NCBI GenBank assembly: GCA_903870175.1
Contig: CAIQBY010000166.1
Location: 1,395-65,394, forward strand
Length of the DNA stretch: 64,000 nucleotides
DNA from: an uncultured Bacteroidota bacterium
GTDB lineage: Bacteria; Bacteroidota; Bacteroidia; 2-12-FULL-35-15
Direction: 5' to 3'
Below are positions 9,050 to 19,363 of this stretch, one piece after another (within the stretch, counting starts at the first letter, position 1; each line of letters starts with the position of its first letter). A program made the position numbers and the translations under genes. Below the pieces are notes generated by a model. The model did not search any database. It was not told the origin of the DNA and was given only the letters and a program-made list of their open reading frames with translations.

Positions 9050-10942
9050 ATGGATAAAAATTCAGTAATAGGTCTTGTAATAATAGGCGGTATTTTAATG
9101 GGTTGGATGTACTTTTCAAGACCAAGTGCGGAACAGCTTGCAATTCAAAAACGTATGCAGGATTCTACTCTTGCTTATGTGAAAGTTCAGGAAACCCTTG
9201 CAACAACTCACAAAACTAATAAATCAACTCATACTGCAGGTTCAGGAATCTCAACAGATTCAATTGTTAACCTGAGCGATTCGGCCAAATCTGTTCTTAA
9301 GAAATCTGTATATGGCGATTTTGCTGATGCTTCCACTGGTGATAACAAAACAATTGTACTTGAAAATGAAGTGATGAAAGTAAATGTTTCTCCGAAAGGA
9401 GGACGCATTTCTTCTGTCGAATTAAAGAAATATAAAACATATGATGGCAAGCCTTTGATGTTATTTAATGCAGATTCTTCTACTCAAAAGCTAACATTTG
9501 CCACCTATAATAAGTCATTTGCAACAGATTCATTATATTTTACTCCAGTAGGTGATGCATTTATCCTGACAGGTAAAGCTTCCAAAAGCCTTGCTATGAG
9601 ATTGTATGCAGGCAGTAAAGAAAAATACATTGAATATGTTTATACTCTTACTGGAGATGAATATATGATGGGCTGTAAAATAAATACGGTAGGTATGCAA
9701 AGCGTAATCCCTGCAACCAAAGGGGAAATAGAGCTTAACTGGCAAATGAAAACACCTACGCAGGAACAAAATAAACAAAACCAACAACGTGCCTCCACCA
9801 TCTATTATAATACAATTGAAGATGGGGTTAAAAAGATAAGTGAAGGTACGGAAGATAAGATATCATTTGATACTAAAATGAAATGGGTGGCTTTTAAACA
9901 GCAGTTTTTTACTTCGATTATTATTGCCGATAATACATTTGAAAAACATACGGAAGTAGAATCTGCAATGGAAAAAACTTCTGCTAAATATATAGCAAAT
10001 TATGCCGCAACATTTTCTATTCCTTATAAAGGTTTACCAAATGAATCATTTGGAATGCGTTTTTATTTCGGTCCTAACCATTATCAAACACTCAAAAAAT
10101 ATGATGTTGATATAGAACGACAAATAAATCTTGGCTGGAAAATATTCGGATGGATTAATCGTTTCCTTGTTATTCCAATTTTTAATGTGTTGAATAGTTT
10201 TAATTGGAATTATGGAATTATTATTCTTGTACTTACTATTATTCTTAAATTATTATTGTTGCCGATAGCTTATAAAACAGTGCTTTCGTCTGCAAAAATG
10301 AAAGTATTGAAACCTGAGATTGATGAATTAAACGAGAAGTTTAAGGATGCAGAACCTGTTAAAAAACAACAGGCAACTATGGCTCTTTACAAGCAGGCAG
10401 GTGTTAATCCGATGGCAGGCTGTATTCCAGTACTGCTTCAAATGCCTATACTTATAGCTTTGTTTAACTTCTTCCCTGCGTCTATCGAATTACGTCAGCA
10501 GGGATTCCTTTGGGCGCATGATTTATCGTCTTACGATTCGGTTTACAACTTTGGTTTTTCCGTTCCATGGTATGGCGACCATGTTAGCTTGTTTGCTTTA
10601 TTGATGACTGGTTCCACATTATTATATACCTGGAGCAACAGTCAATTGATGGGCACTCAGCAACAAATGCCGGGTATGAAATGGATGATGTACTTGATGC
10701 CGATTATGTTCCTCGGTTTCTTGAATAATTACTCTGCAGGATTAAGCTGGTATTATTTCCTTGCCAATATGATTACTTTTGGACAGACTTGGGTGATGCA
10801 GAAATTTGTGATTGACCATGATAAATTGCATGCAAAAATTCAAGCCAATAAAAAGAAACCTGTTACAAAGTCAAAGTTTCAGGAGCGTTTGGAACAAATG
10901 ACAAAAGAGCGTCAGCAACAAACACCGGCGAAGAAAAAATAA
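9050..10942 (+). CDS. yidC: Membrane protein insertase YidC (long Bacteroidota form)
   Basis: 630 aa. Large periplasmic domain followed by a conserved YidC/Oxa1 core (LPIAYKTVLSSAKMKVLKPEIDELNEKFKD..ALYKQAGVNPMAGCIPVLLQMPI). Confidence 0.9.
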   Translation: MDKNSVIGLVIIGGILMGWMYFSRPSAEQLAIQKRMQDSTLAYVKVQETLATTHKTNKSTHTAGSGISTDSIVNLSDSAKSVLKKSVYGDFADASTGDNKTIVLENEVMKVNVSPKGGRISSVELKKYKTYDGKPLMLFNADSSTQKLTFATYNKSFATDSLYFTPVGDAFILTGKASKSLAMRLYAGSKEKYIEYVYTLTGDEYMMGCKINTVGMQSVIPATKGEIELNWQMKTPTQEQNKQNQQRASTIYYNTIEDGVKKISEGTEDKISFDTKMKWVAFKQQFFTSIIIADNTFEKHTEVESAMEKTSAKYIANYAATFSIPYKGLPNESFGMRFYFGPNHYQTLKKYDVDIERQINLGWKIFGWINRFLVIPIFNVLNSFNWNYGIIILVLTIILKLLLLPIAYKTVLSSAKMKVLKPEIDELNEKFKDAEPVKKQQATMALYKQAGVNPMAGCIPVLLQMPILIALFNFFPASIELRQQGFLWAHDLSSYDSVYNFGFSVPWYGDHVSLFALLMTGSTLLYTWSNSQLMGTQQQMPGMKWMMYLMPIMFLGFLNNYSAGLSWYYFLANMITFGQTWVMQKFVIDHDKLHAKIQANKKKPVTKSKFQERLEQMTKERQQQTPAKKK

Positions 10943-10961
10943 TCGAACTAAAATAATTGTT

Positions 10962-10999
10962 AACCTCTTTCAGAATTTAGATTTCTGAAAGAGGTTTTT
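10962..10999 (+). terminator. Rho-independent terminator after yidC
   Basis: cctctttcagaa..ttctgaaagagg hairpin followed by ttttttatttt. Confidence 0.7.
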
Positions 11000-11070
11000 T
11001 ATTTTGGAACCAATTCAAAAAAGAAGTAACTTTAACCATTAAATTTATTTCTAACTAATGCCTCCTCCTC

Positions 11071-11649
11071 ATGAAATTTGTATTCGCTACCAGAAATAAA
11101 CACAAAGTGGCTGAAATCCAGTTACTCATTCCAAATCCAATTCGTGTTTTAAGTTTACATGATGTACATTGTATGGAAGATATTCCTGAGACAACTCCAA
11201 CGATTGAAGGCAATGCATCGCAAAAAGCTTTTTATGTTTACGAAAAATATCATCATAATTGTTTTGCTGATGATACCGGTTTGGAGATTGAAGCATTGAG
11301 TGGAAATCCCGGTGTGAGGTCGGCGAGATATGCAGGTGAGGATATGAATGAAGAAAATAATATAAGAAAAGTGCTGAATGAAATGGACGGAATTGCCCAC
11401 CGGAAGGCGCGATTTAAAACTGTGATTTCACTTGTTATTGATGGCAGTGAAATGCAGTTTGATGGATTGATGCATGGTTCTATTCTGCATGAAAAACGCG
11501 GTTCGAATGGTTTTGGGTACGACCCGATATTTATACCTGATGGTTATTCCCGTACGTTTGCTGAAATGGAATTAAGCGAAAAAAACAAAATATCTCATCG
11601 GGCAATGGCAGTTAATAAACTTGTTGAATACTTGCAAAAACTTGCCTGA
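11071..11649 (+). CDS. rdgB: Non-canonical purine NTP pyrophosphatase (RdgB/HAM1, ITPase)
   Basis: 192 aa. FATRNKHKVAEI N-terminus and FGYDPIF..SHRAMAV C-terminal motifs of the Ham1 family. Confidence 0.9.
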   Translation: MKFVFATRNKHKVAEIQLLIPNPIRVLSLHDVHCMEDIPETTPTIEGNASQKAFYVYEKYHHNCFADDTGLEIEALSGNPGVRSARYAGEDMNEENNIRKVLNEMDGIAHRKARFKTVISLVIDGSEMQFDGLMHGSILHEKRGSNGFGYDPIFIPDGYSRTFAEMELSEKNKISHRAMAVNKLVEYLQKLA

Positions 11650-11730
11650 ATCCCCCACTTCAATAACTTACATTTGCATTACTTTAATTATCGAAACTCA
11701 TTCCTCTTTTATTAGGAATAAATTTTATTT

Positions 11731-14433
11731 ATGAAAATAGGAATAATATTCGGAGGGTTCTCCAAGGAGCGTGAAATATCATTTGCAGGCGGTAGAACAG
11801 TGTATGATAATCTCAATAAATCATTGTTTGAGGCAGTTCCGATTTTTGTGGACAGTTTCGGCAATTTTGTTTTGCTTAACTGGGGATACGTTTATAAAGG
11901 CAGTATTCGCGACTTTTATCCGCCTGCTGAATTTATTCCTAATAAGAAAGGCGACTTCCAGATATATGCTGAGCAGATAGGTGATTTATCCTCAGCCGAA
12001 CAATTAAAACTCATTAATAAAATCGGGAAAAAGATTGAGCCAAATGAGTTGAAGAATCATTTCGATTTCGCTTTTTTATGTCTGCATGGCCCGTATGGAG
12101 AGGATGGCAGGATACAGGGATTGTTTGAATATTTAAATATTCCTTATTCCGGTTCGGGGATTTTACCATCTTCCATCGGCATTGATAAATCGGTGCAAAA
12201 GAGGCTGATGGTGAATGCAGGATTTAATAGTCCGAAGTATATTACTATTGACAGAGAAGAATTTATCAGTGGAAATTGTAAAGAACCAATTCGAAAAGCA
12301 AAGGAGGAAATTGGTTTCCCGATGGTGGTGAAACCCGCTAATCAAGGGTCGTCTATTGGTGTTACTATTTTGCACGACAATGATGAATATAACATTGCAT
12401 TGATGGGAGCAATCGGAAAAGCTTTGTTTACCGAGTGGATAGATGCGAATGACTGGAAAAATTTATCCTCTGAAGACAAGACAAGTTTAATACGATTAAT
12501 GGCTGATATTCGTGAAGGTATAGGAATGCCTCTCGTAGTTTGGACTTCGACATATCCTGAAAAGAAAACAATTTGTCATCCTGCAGATTTAATTGAGTAT
12601 CTGGATTCTCTTTTTGAAAATGAAAAAGAAGGAGCAGTGCTCGAAGCACTTGATGGAGAAAGCAAAGTGCTGGTGGAAGGATTTATTGAAGGCAAAGAAT
12701 TCTCATGTATTGTGGCGCAGGTTGAAAATAGAAAAGCAATAGCGTTACCACCTACAGAGATAAGGAAGGGGAAAGAATTATTTGATTACAGGAGTAAATA
12801 TTTACCGGGATTATCAAGAAAGATTACACCGATTGATTTACCTAATGAGCAGATACAGGCTATCCGGAAGGAATGCGAGCGATTGTTTTATGAACTGAGC
12901 TTTGATGTGTATGCGCGTATTGATGGTTTTATTTCGAAGGAAGGAAAGATATTTTTGAATGATCCGAATACAACTTCCGGTATGATGCCGAGTTCTTTTT
13001 TCTTTCATCAGGCGGCTGAGATTGGGTTGAATCCTTCACAGTTTTTAACTTATATTATCCGTCAGTCTTTGTCGCAACGAATACTTGCCAGTAAAAACAA
13101 TGGCTTGTATGATGCGCTGATGGCGGATTTGGATAAGGCGATAACAAAAGATAAAACTTCATCTACAAAGAAAATAAAAGTGGCTGTGATACTTGGCGGC
13201 TATTCTTCGGAGCGACATATTTCTGTAGATAGCGGCAGAAATATTTATGAGAAACTTGCTTCTTCGGCTAAGTACGAGCCTATTCCGGTGTTTCTGACAG
13301 GCAATGCGGACGAACATATTATGTATCAGATTCCGATTAATATTTTGCTGAAAGATAATGCAGATGATATTAAAGATAAGATTGAACATTATAAAGTGCA
13401 CGAACTGGTAAAGGAAATTATTGGTGAATGTGCTGCCATTACAGGCAAATATGGCGCTGAGGATAATCTGGTGAAGCCAAAACGAATTACTTATACTGAC
13501 CTGGCGAAGATGGTAGATGCTGTATTCATTGCGTTACACGGTCGTCCGGGTGAAGATGGTGCGGTGCAGGCAAATCTGGAGAAGGTTGGATTGCCTTATA
13601 ACGGCTCGGGTGTGGCGAGTTCGCAGATTACGATTGACAAGTATAAAACGAATGAGATTTTAAAACAAAATGGTTTTCTGGTTGCCGAGCATCTTCTTAT
13701 TTCGGAAGAAGAATGGTTGAATAATAAAATTGAGGTGCTGGAAAATATAAAGAATAAAATTCATTTTCCTTTTATTGCAAAGCCTGTGGATGATGGCTGT
13801 TCGTCGGCTGTAAAGAAAATAAAAACGGTGGAAGAACTGGAAGCTTTTGCTTCTTTGATTTTCAGGAAGGATGAAGCATTAATAACTGATGCTGCGAATG
13901 TGCTGCATATAAAGGATAAGGAGGAGTTTCCTATGAAAAAATGTTTGTTGGTAGAGGAATTAATAAGCAAACGGGATGCAACTCATTTTCTGGAAATAAC
14001 AGGCGGAATGCTTACTAAATATAATGCTAAAGGAGAAGTGGAGTATGAAGTATTTGAAGCTTCGGAAGCATTATCGGAAGGAGAAGTATTATCGCTGGAA
14101 GAAAAATTTCTGGCAGGACAAGGGCAGAACATAACGCCGGCGCGTTATTCGGCTGATGTTACGGTGAGACAATTGATATCCGACAAGGTGAAAAAAACAT
14201 TTGGCGAAGCCGCAAAACTGCTTAATATAAACGGTTATACAAGGATTGATGCGTTTGTGCGCATATATGATTTGAGTAAAATAGAAGTTATTTTTATTGA
14301 AGTAAATTCGTTGCCGGGGATGACGCCTGCTACCTGCATCTTTCATCAGACGGCGATACAAGGTTATAAACCGTATGACTTTATTGACAGGATTCTTGAG
14401 TTTGGGTTTGAGAGGAAGAAACGAAATAGCTGA
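11731..14433 (+). CDS. Tandem (didomain) D-alanine--D-alanine ligase-like ATP-grasp protein
   Basis: 900 aa. Two complete Ddl-like modules: aa 1-~450 (MKIGIIFGGFSKEREISFAGG..LHGPYGEDGRIQG..KPANQGSSIGV) and aa ~480-900 (KVAVILGGYSSERHISVDSG..LHGRPGEDGAVQ..KPVDDGCSSAV..EVNSLPGMTPATCIF). The first module carries a long insertion. Confidence 0.8.
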   Translation: MKIGIIFGGFSKEREISFAGGRTVYDNLNKSLFEAVPIFVDSFGNFVLLNWGYVYKGSIRDFYPPAEFIPNKKGDFQIYAEQIGDLSSAEQLKLINKIGKKIEPNELKNHFDFAFLCLHGPYGEDGRIQGLFEYLNIPYSGSGILPSSIGIDKSVQKRLMVNAGFNSPKYITIDREEFISGNCKEPIRKAKEEIGFPMVVKPANQGSSIGVTILHDNDEYNIALMGAIGKALFTEWIDANDWKNLSSEDKTSLIRLMADIREGIGMPLVVWTSTYPEKKTICHPADLIEYLDSLFENEKEGAVLEALDGESKVLVEGFIEGKEFSCIVAQVENRKAIALPPTEIRKGKELFDYRSKYLPGLSRKITPIDLPNEQIQAIRKECERLFYELSFDVYARIDGFISKEGKIFLNDPNTTSGMMPSSFFFHQAAEIGLNPSQFLTYIIRQSLSQRILASKNNGLYDALMADLDKAITKDKTSSTKKIKVAVILGGYSSERHISVDSGRNIYEKLASSAKYEPIPVFLTGNADEHIMYQIPINILLKDNADDIKDKIEHYKVHELVKEIIGECAAITGKYGAEDNLVKPKRITYTDLAKMVDAVFIALHGRPGEDGAVQANLEKVGLPYNGSGVASSQITIDKYKTNEILKQNGFLVAEHLLISEEEWLNNKIEVLENIKNKIHFPFIAKPVDDGCSSAVKKIKTVEELEAFASLIFRKDEALITDAANVLHIKDKEEFPMKKCLLVEELISKRDATHFLEITGGMLTKYNAKGEVEYEVFEASEALSEGEVLSLEEKFLAGQGQNITPARYSADVTVRQLISDKVKKTFGEAAKLLNINGYTRIDAFVRIYDLSKIEVIFIEVNSLPGMTPATCIFHQTAIQGYKPYDFIDRILEFGFERKKRNS

Positions 14434-14578
14434 TATTATCAGTATTCAATAACGATTATAACTTAACATTCTCGCAAATAGTTATCGGTAGGATTATCTT
14501 TATTTCAGTAAATAATATCTGCTTAATATTTGTATTTTCGCACCCTGAAAATTAAAAACGTATTAATAAATAATAATA

Positions 14579-15955
14579 ATGAAGTATAGAAAAGCAAGTA
14601 ATAATATTCTGGAAACCATTGGTAACACACCTTTGGTGAGAATAAACAATATAACTAAGGACGCGAAAGCTACTGTGTATGCCAAGGTGGAAACGTTTAA
14701 CCCGGGCAATTCGATTAAGGACAGGATGGCGCTGAAGATGATTGAAGATGCTGAGAAGGATGGGCGTTTGAAACCGGGCGGAACGATAATTGAGGGTACG
14801 AGTGGAAATACGGGAATGGGACTGGCGATTGCTTCGATTATAAAGGGTTATAAATGTATTTTTACTACTACAGATAAACAATCGAAAGAAAAAGTGGATG
14901 CTTTGCGTGCTTTCGGTGCGGATGTGATTGTATGCCCTACGAATGTGGAGCCGGAAGACCCGAGGAGTTATTATTCGGTGTCGTCGAGGTTGGTGAATGA
15001 AATTCCGAATGCTTGGAAGCCTAATCAATATGATAATTTGAGCAACAGTCAGGCGCATTATGAGCAGACCGGGCCGGAAATATGGGAACAGACGGAAGGT
15101 AAAATTACTCACCTGGTGGTGGGAGTGGGCACTGGCGGTACGATTTGCGGAACAGGAAAATATTTGAAGGAGAAAAATCCGAATGTGAAAATATGGGGGA
15201 TTGATACGTATGGTTCGGTATTTAAGAAGTATAAGGAGACTGGGATTTTTGATAAGAATGAGATATATCCGTACATTACGGAAGGGATTGGTGAGGATTT
15301 TTTGCCTGAAAATGTTGACTTTAATATTATCGACCGCTTTGAGAAAGTAACGGATAAAGATGCGGCGATAATGACGCGTGAAATAACAAAACAGGAAGGG
15401 ATATTTGCAGGAAACTCAGCTGGGTCGGCAATGGCGGGGCTGATGCAATTGAAAAATGAATTGAAGGAAACGGATGTGGTGGTTGTAATTTTTCATGATC
15501 ATGGAACTCGTTATTTAGGCAAGATGTTCAACGAAGAATGGATGCGTGAAAAAGGTTTCTTTGATAAAAAAGGACTGGTTGCGAAAGACCTTGTGAATGA
15601 ACATACGAATGCAAAACTGATAACTGTGGAGGCTAATGATACTGTGGAAAGTGCAGTGAAACTGATGAGCAAGATGGATATTTCGCAGATACCGGTTACG
15701 AATGATAAACGGATTGTGGGGTCGCTGAATGAGAGTTTGCTGTTTGCTAAGGTAATTGCCAACTCTGATATTAAAAATCAGAAGATTGAAACAATTATGC
15801 AGCCTGCATTTCCTTTTGTAGATATTTCGGCTCCTGTGGATTCGCTGTCGGGGATGATTACGGACAATAATCCGGCTGTTTTGGTTCGTGATTTTAAACT
15901 TGATAAAACGTATATTATTACGAGATACGATATAATAAATGCGTTGACGAAATAA
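14579..15955 (+). CDS. Cystathionine beta-synthase (PLP-dependent cysteine-synthase fold plus C-terminal CBS pair)
   Basis: 458 aa. LETIGNTPLVRIN..PGNSIKDRMAL, a glycine-rich loop (GTSGNTG), and a C-terminal tandem CBS/Bateman region. Confidence 0.85.
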   Translation: MKYRKASNNILETIGNTPLVRINNITKDAKATVYAKVETFNPGNSIKDRMALKMIEDAEKDGRLKPGGTIIEGTSGNTGMGLAIASIIKGYKCIFTTTDKQSKEKVDALRAFGADVIVCPTNVEPEDPRSYYSVSSRLVNEIPNAWKPNQYDNLSNSQAHYEQTGPEIWEQTEGKITHLVVGVGTGGTICGTGKYLKEKNPNVKIWGIDTYGSVFKKYKETGIFDKNEIYPYITEGIGEDFLPENVDFNIIDRFEKVTDKDAAIMTREITKQEGIFAGNSAGSAMAGLMQLKNELKETDVVVVIFHDHGTRYLGKMFNEEWMREKGFFDKKGLVAKDLVNEHTNAKLITVEANDTVESAVKLMSKMDISQIPVTNDKRIVGSLNESLLFAKVIANSDIKNQKIETIMQPAFPFVDISAPVDSLSGMITDNNPAVLVRDFKLDKTYIITRYDIINALTK

Positions 15956-15981
15956 GGTAATCGATAAATAATCAATTAATA

Positions 15982-16022
15982 AAATCTCTCTGGAACATTT
16001 GATTTCAGGGAGATTTTTTATT
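15982..16022 (+). terminator. Rho-independent terminator after the CBS gene
   Basis: aaatctctctgg..cagggagatttttt hairpin with a T-run. A second hairpin (cccttctcc..ggagaaggg) follows at ~16063..16095. Confidence 0.6.
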
Positions 16023-16256
16023 AATACGAGTATTGAATCTTTAATAGTTACGAAGACCTCATCCCCGGCCCTTCTCCTTGAAAAAAAGAGAAGGGTGCCA
16101 ATGTGTGAAGTGCTATATTAAAGGATTAGTTGTTGAGGAAAAGTATATTGACTTGCCCTTCTTTAATTGTTACCTTTGTTGAAATTAAGAACGTGAATTA
16201 GCAATTTGTTTTCTTCGTTTATTATTAAATGAAAAAATAAATCTAAACTAATTATC

Positions 16257-16814
16257 ATGTCTAAAAAGAAAATAGGATTTGTTTCACTTTACGAAACAGA
16301 AGTAAAAGACAGTTATGTGGGAACTGTACTGATTACTGACCACTACGGAATACCTCTGGAATTTAAATGTACTCATTCGGTAAAAGCAACTGCGATACAA
16401 AAAGCACTTTATGGTGAACGGCTGGAACCGTACATTGGTATTGAACTTTGCGCTATACCACTTTTAAAATCGATAACAAATACGCCTGATTTTATTTTTG
16501 TGAATGTTCCTTACCTGATTGCAATCCGTAAAAAGATTGATGTGCCCACAATTCTTATTAACAGGGCATCGAAAGAGGAAGTAACGGGAGAAATAATGGA
16601 AAACACAAAAGAAGGAAAAATACTGGTAGTGAATGAATATGGTACTTACGAGCCAGTAGAACTTGAATATCACCCTGATTATTTGAAAAAAGATACTACA
16701 AATTCACTGGAAGATATTAAATCAGTGTTCACTAATTTTGACTTGTACGAGCCGTTTGAAAGGATGAAAAAATCGGTGGAAATACTAGGAAAAAGTGATA
16801 GTAAATTCAAATAA
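16257..16814 (+). CDS. Hypothetical protein, first gene of a three-gene operon with SNF2-nuclease
   Basis: 185 aa with no recognisable motif. Its stop lies 2 bp before the start of the SNF2 gene (translational coupling). Confidence 0.5.
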   Translation: MSKKKIGFVSLYETEVKDSYVGTVLITDHYGIPLEFKCTHSVKATAIQKALYGERLEPYIGIELCAIPLLKSITNTPDFIFVNVPYLIAIRKKIDVPTILINRASKEEVTGEIMENTKEGKILVVNEYGTYEPVELEYHPDYLKKDTTNSLEDIKSVFTNFDLYEPFERMKKSVEILGKSDSKFK

Positions 16815-16816
16815 AA

Positions 16817-19360
16817 ATGAAGTCGGATAAACTTTCGTTTTTCCAAAAGACGAAATTAAATATTGCCAAATCTGTAGCGCCTGTTAAAGAAAAAATTACT
16901 GTAACTTTTAATGAAATAGATTTTTTTTTAGAGCCTCCCTCCTATCGTTCGAGTAAAGATTTTTTACTTTCGAATGTTACATTAAGCCAGGATTATTGCT
17001 ACTCGCCGGAAAATATTTCCATAACAAGTATTTCTGTTGTAGTTGACGCAGAACTTGAAGAGCCGAAAAGCAAATTAATAAAAGTTGGTTTTGATTCAAT
17101 ATTGATTCATGATTTGAGCAGTGTAAATGAGTTAACAGACTTGTATCCGGAGATTGAAAATTTCGTGATGAAATATAAGAAGCCGGCAATAAGAGGGAAA
17201 ATATATTCAAGGGAAGTTCCAAAAGAATTTGTGGCGAAAGTATATAAGCAACGAAATATAATAGAGAAAACCGAAACAGAGGAAATTGAAATACAAGAAA
17301 TAGAGGAGATTGAGGAAATAATAGAAGAGAAACCTGTGATTGAACAGCAATATAGAGATAAAAATAAATTTGATGTGTTTGATGTTTTCGATTTAATATT
17401 TCCTGCATTACAGCCTCCAATGGGGAAAACTTTTGATAATCCAATTGTGTTTCCTCGCCCATTATTAGCGTTTCAGCCGGAAGGAATTGAATTTTTGCTG
17501 GATAATCCTTCTGCATTATTGGGAGATGAAATGGGTCTGGGCAAAACGATTCAGGCGATTGTAGCATTGAAGGTTTTATTCGCTACAGGAAAAATAACTA
17601 CCTGTTGTATTGTATGTCCGAAAGCATTACTTACCAATTGGTATAATGAATTATGCCGATGGGCTCCGGAATTAAAAGCATTAAAACTGGAAGGCGGGCC
17701 TGCAAACCGTTATCATCTTTGGCATACAGGAGCACATATATATATATGCGTTTATGAATCGTTGCAAAAAGATTTGGAAAGAACCATTGAAATAAAAGGG
17801 TTGAAAGTGGATTCGTACGGTCATCATTTTGTATGTATAAATCCGGGATGTGACTGGGAGCTGGATATTCCTTTCGAGTTGCATTATACTACCATGGAAT
17901 GTCCGAAGTGTCATTATGAATTTTTCTATCCGTTAAAAGATGACCGGGCGCGAACGCATTTTGACGTGCTTATTTTTGATGAAATTCAGAAGACTAAAAA
18001 TCCAAAAACAAAAACAACAAAAGCATTAAGAACGCTGTATGCAAGATATAAATGGGCATTGAGCGGCACTCCGATGGAAAACAAACTGAAAGATTTGGTT
18101 ACTGTCTGCGAAACATTGGAAGAAGAAATGTTTAAGGATATGGATAAACGGAATGTTCAGGAAGTGATAAAAAGATACAGGCCGAAGTTTATCAGGAGAA
18201 AAAAAGATGATGTATTAAAAGATTTGGCACCTATACAACAAAAGTTTGAGTGGCTGGAACTGTCACCAAGTCAGCGAAGAAAATATGACCACGCTGAAGC
18301 GACCGGAATACTTGATTTGGAAGGAAAAAATGATGTGACGGTTCATCATATATTTGCATTGATAACAAAACTAAAACAGCTTTGTAATTTAGACCCTGAG
18401 ACACAGGAAAGTTCCAAACTTGAATATCTGAAAGAAAAACTGGAAGAGCTTACTTCGCAAGGTGATAAAGCGTTAATTTTTTCTCAGTTTCCGAAGAAAA
18501 CATTAGAACCATTGCTGCCACATTTGAAAGAATTTCATCCGTTATATTATCATGGGCAACTTAATTTGAATCAACGAGAATCAATGGTACGGACATTTCA
18601 GGATGCTAACAATACAGAAAATAAAATAATGCTAATTTCGTTAAAGGCAGGAAATTCGGGCATTACATTGACACGCGCGAATTATGTTTTTCATTTTGAT
18701 TTGTGGTGGAACCCTGCAGTATCTTCACAAGCAGCAGGAAGGGCACATAGGATTGGTCAGGAGAAAACAGTTTTTGAAACAATGCTTTTGGCTGAAGATA
18801 CTATAGAGAGAAGAATATTTGATATTCTGGAAACAAAGAAAAGTCTGTTTAATATTATTGTAGATGAATTGAGTGAAGAAGTAAATCTTGACAAACTGAT
18901 GTCGGAAGATGAAATTTTTGGGTTGTTCGGTTTGAAGAAGCGCCGAGCACCTGCAATTGCCGCTGATGTTGAAATAAGGAAAGATTTTCATAATTTTGAT
19001 GAAAATGAATTCGAGAAATTCATTTCGGATTTATTTACTCAGATGGGATACCATTTGAATCATCATAAAAAAAGTTATGATGGCGGAGTTTATATGTATG
19101 CGAAAATAATTAAACCAACAGGAATAGCAGAAGTTATTATTCAATCAATGAGAGTGGATAATGCGAATGCAGTGGTAACAGAAAATAATGTCAAGAAATT
19201 ACATGCTTTATTTTATGCCAATAAAAAGATTGCAAAAGCATATCTTGTTACCAATGGAAAATTTGAGGTGGAAGCAATTGAATTTGCAAAAAACAATTCG
19301 ATTGAATTAATAGATGGCATACAATTAAACGAATTTATAAAAAAACATTACTCGAAATAA
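16817..19360 (+). CDS. SNF2-family helicase with internal zinc ribbon and C-terminal Mrr-type (PD-(D/E)xK) restriction endonuclease-like domain
   Basis: 847 aa. SNF2 motif I (LLGDEMGLGKTIQAIV), motif II (DEIQKTKN), and a helicase-C block (LKAGNSGITLTRANYVFHFDLWWNPAVSSQAAGRAHRIGQ). A Cys4 ribbon (CINPGCDWE..CPKCH) is inserted between motifs I and II. C-terminal ~150 aa resemble Mrr_cat (YDGGVYMYAKII.., EVIIQSMRVD). N-terminal ~200 aa are unknown, with an acidic EEIE repeat. Confidence 0.85.
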   Translation: MKSDKLSFFQKTKLNIAKSVAPVKEKITVTFNEIDFFLEPPSYRSSKDFLLSNVTLSQDYCYSPENISITSISVVVDAELEEPKSKLIKVGFDSILIHDLSSVNELTDLYPEIENFVMKYKKPAIRGKIYSREVPKEFVAKVYKQRNIIEKTETEEIEIQEIEEIEEIIEEKPVIEQQYRDKNKFDVFDVFDLIFPALQPPMGKTFDNPIVFPRPLLAFQPEGIEFLLDNPSALLGDEMGLGKTIQAIVALKVLFATGKITTCCIVCPKALLTNWYNELCRWAPELKALKLEGGPANRYHLWHTGAHIYICVYESLQKDLERTIEIKGLKVDSYGHHFVCINPGCDWELDIPFELHYTTMECPKCHYEFFYPLKDDRARTHFDVLIFDEIQKTKNPKTKTTKALRTLYARYKWALSGTPMENKLKDLVTVCETLEEEMFKDMDKRNVQEVIKRYRPKFIRRKKDDVLKDLAPIQQKFEWLELSPSQRRKYDHAEATGILDLEGKNDVTVHHIFALITKLKQLCNLDPETQESSKLEYLKEKLEELTSQGDKALIFSQFPKKTLEPLLPHLKEFHPLYYHGQLNLNQRESMVRTFQDANNTENKIMLISLKAGNSGITLTRANYVFHFDLWWNPAVSSQAAGRAHRIGQEKTVFETMLLAEDTIERRIFDILETKKSLFNIIVDELSEEVNLDKLMSEDEIFGLFGLKKRRAPAIAADVEIRKDFHNFDENEFEKFISDLFTQMGYHLNHHKKSYDGGVYMYAKIIKPTGIAEVIIQSMRVDNANAVVTENNVKKLHALFYANKKIAKAYLVTNGKFEVEAIEFAKNNSIELIDGIQLNEFIKKHYSK

Positions 19361-19363
19361 AGA

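Noticed and set aside
14552-15112. 186-aa minus-strand ORF antisense to the CBS gene
   Set aside because: It lies fully inside a well-supported conserved CDS on the other strand. Its Arg/Ile-rich low-complexity composition is typical of antisense frames.
16977-17567. 196-aa minus-strand ORF inside the SNF2 gene
   Set aside because: It is antisense to conserved helicase motifs and has no features of its own.
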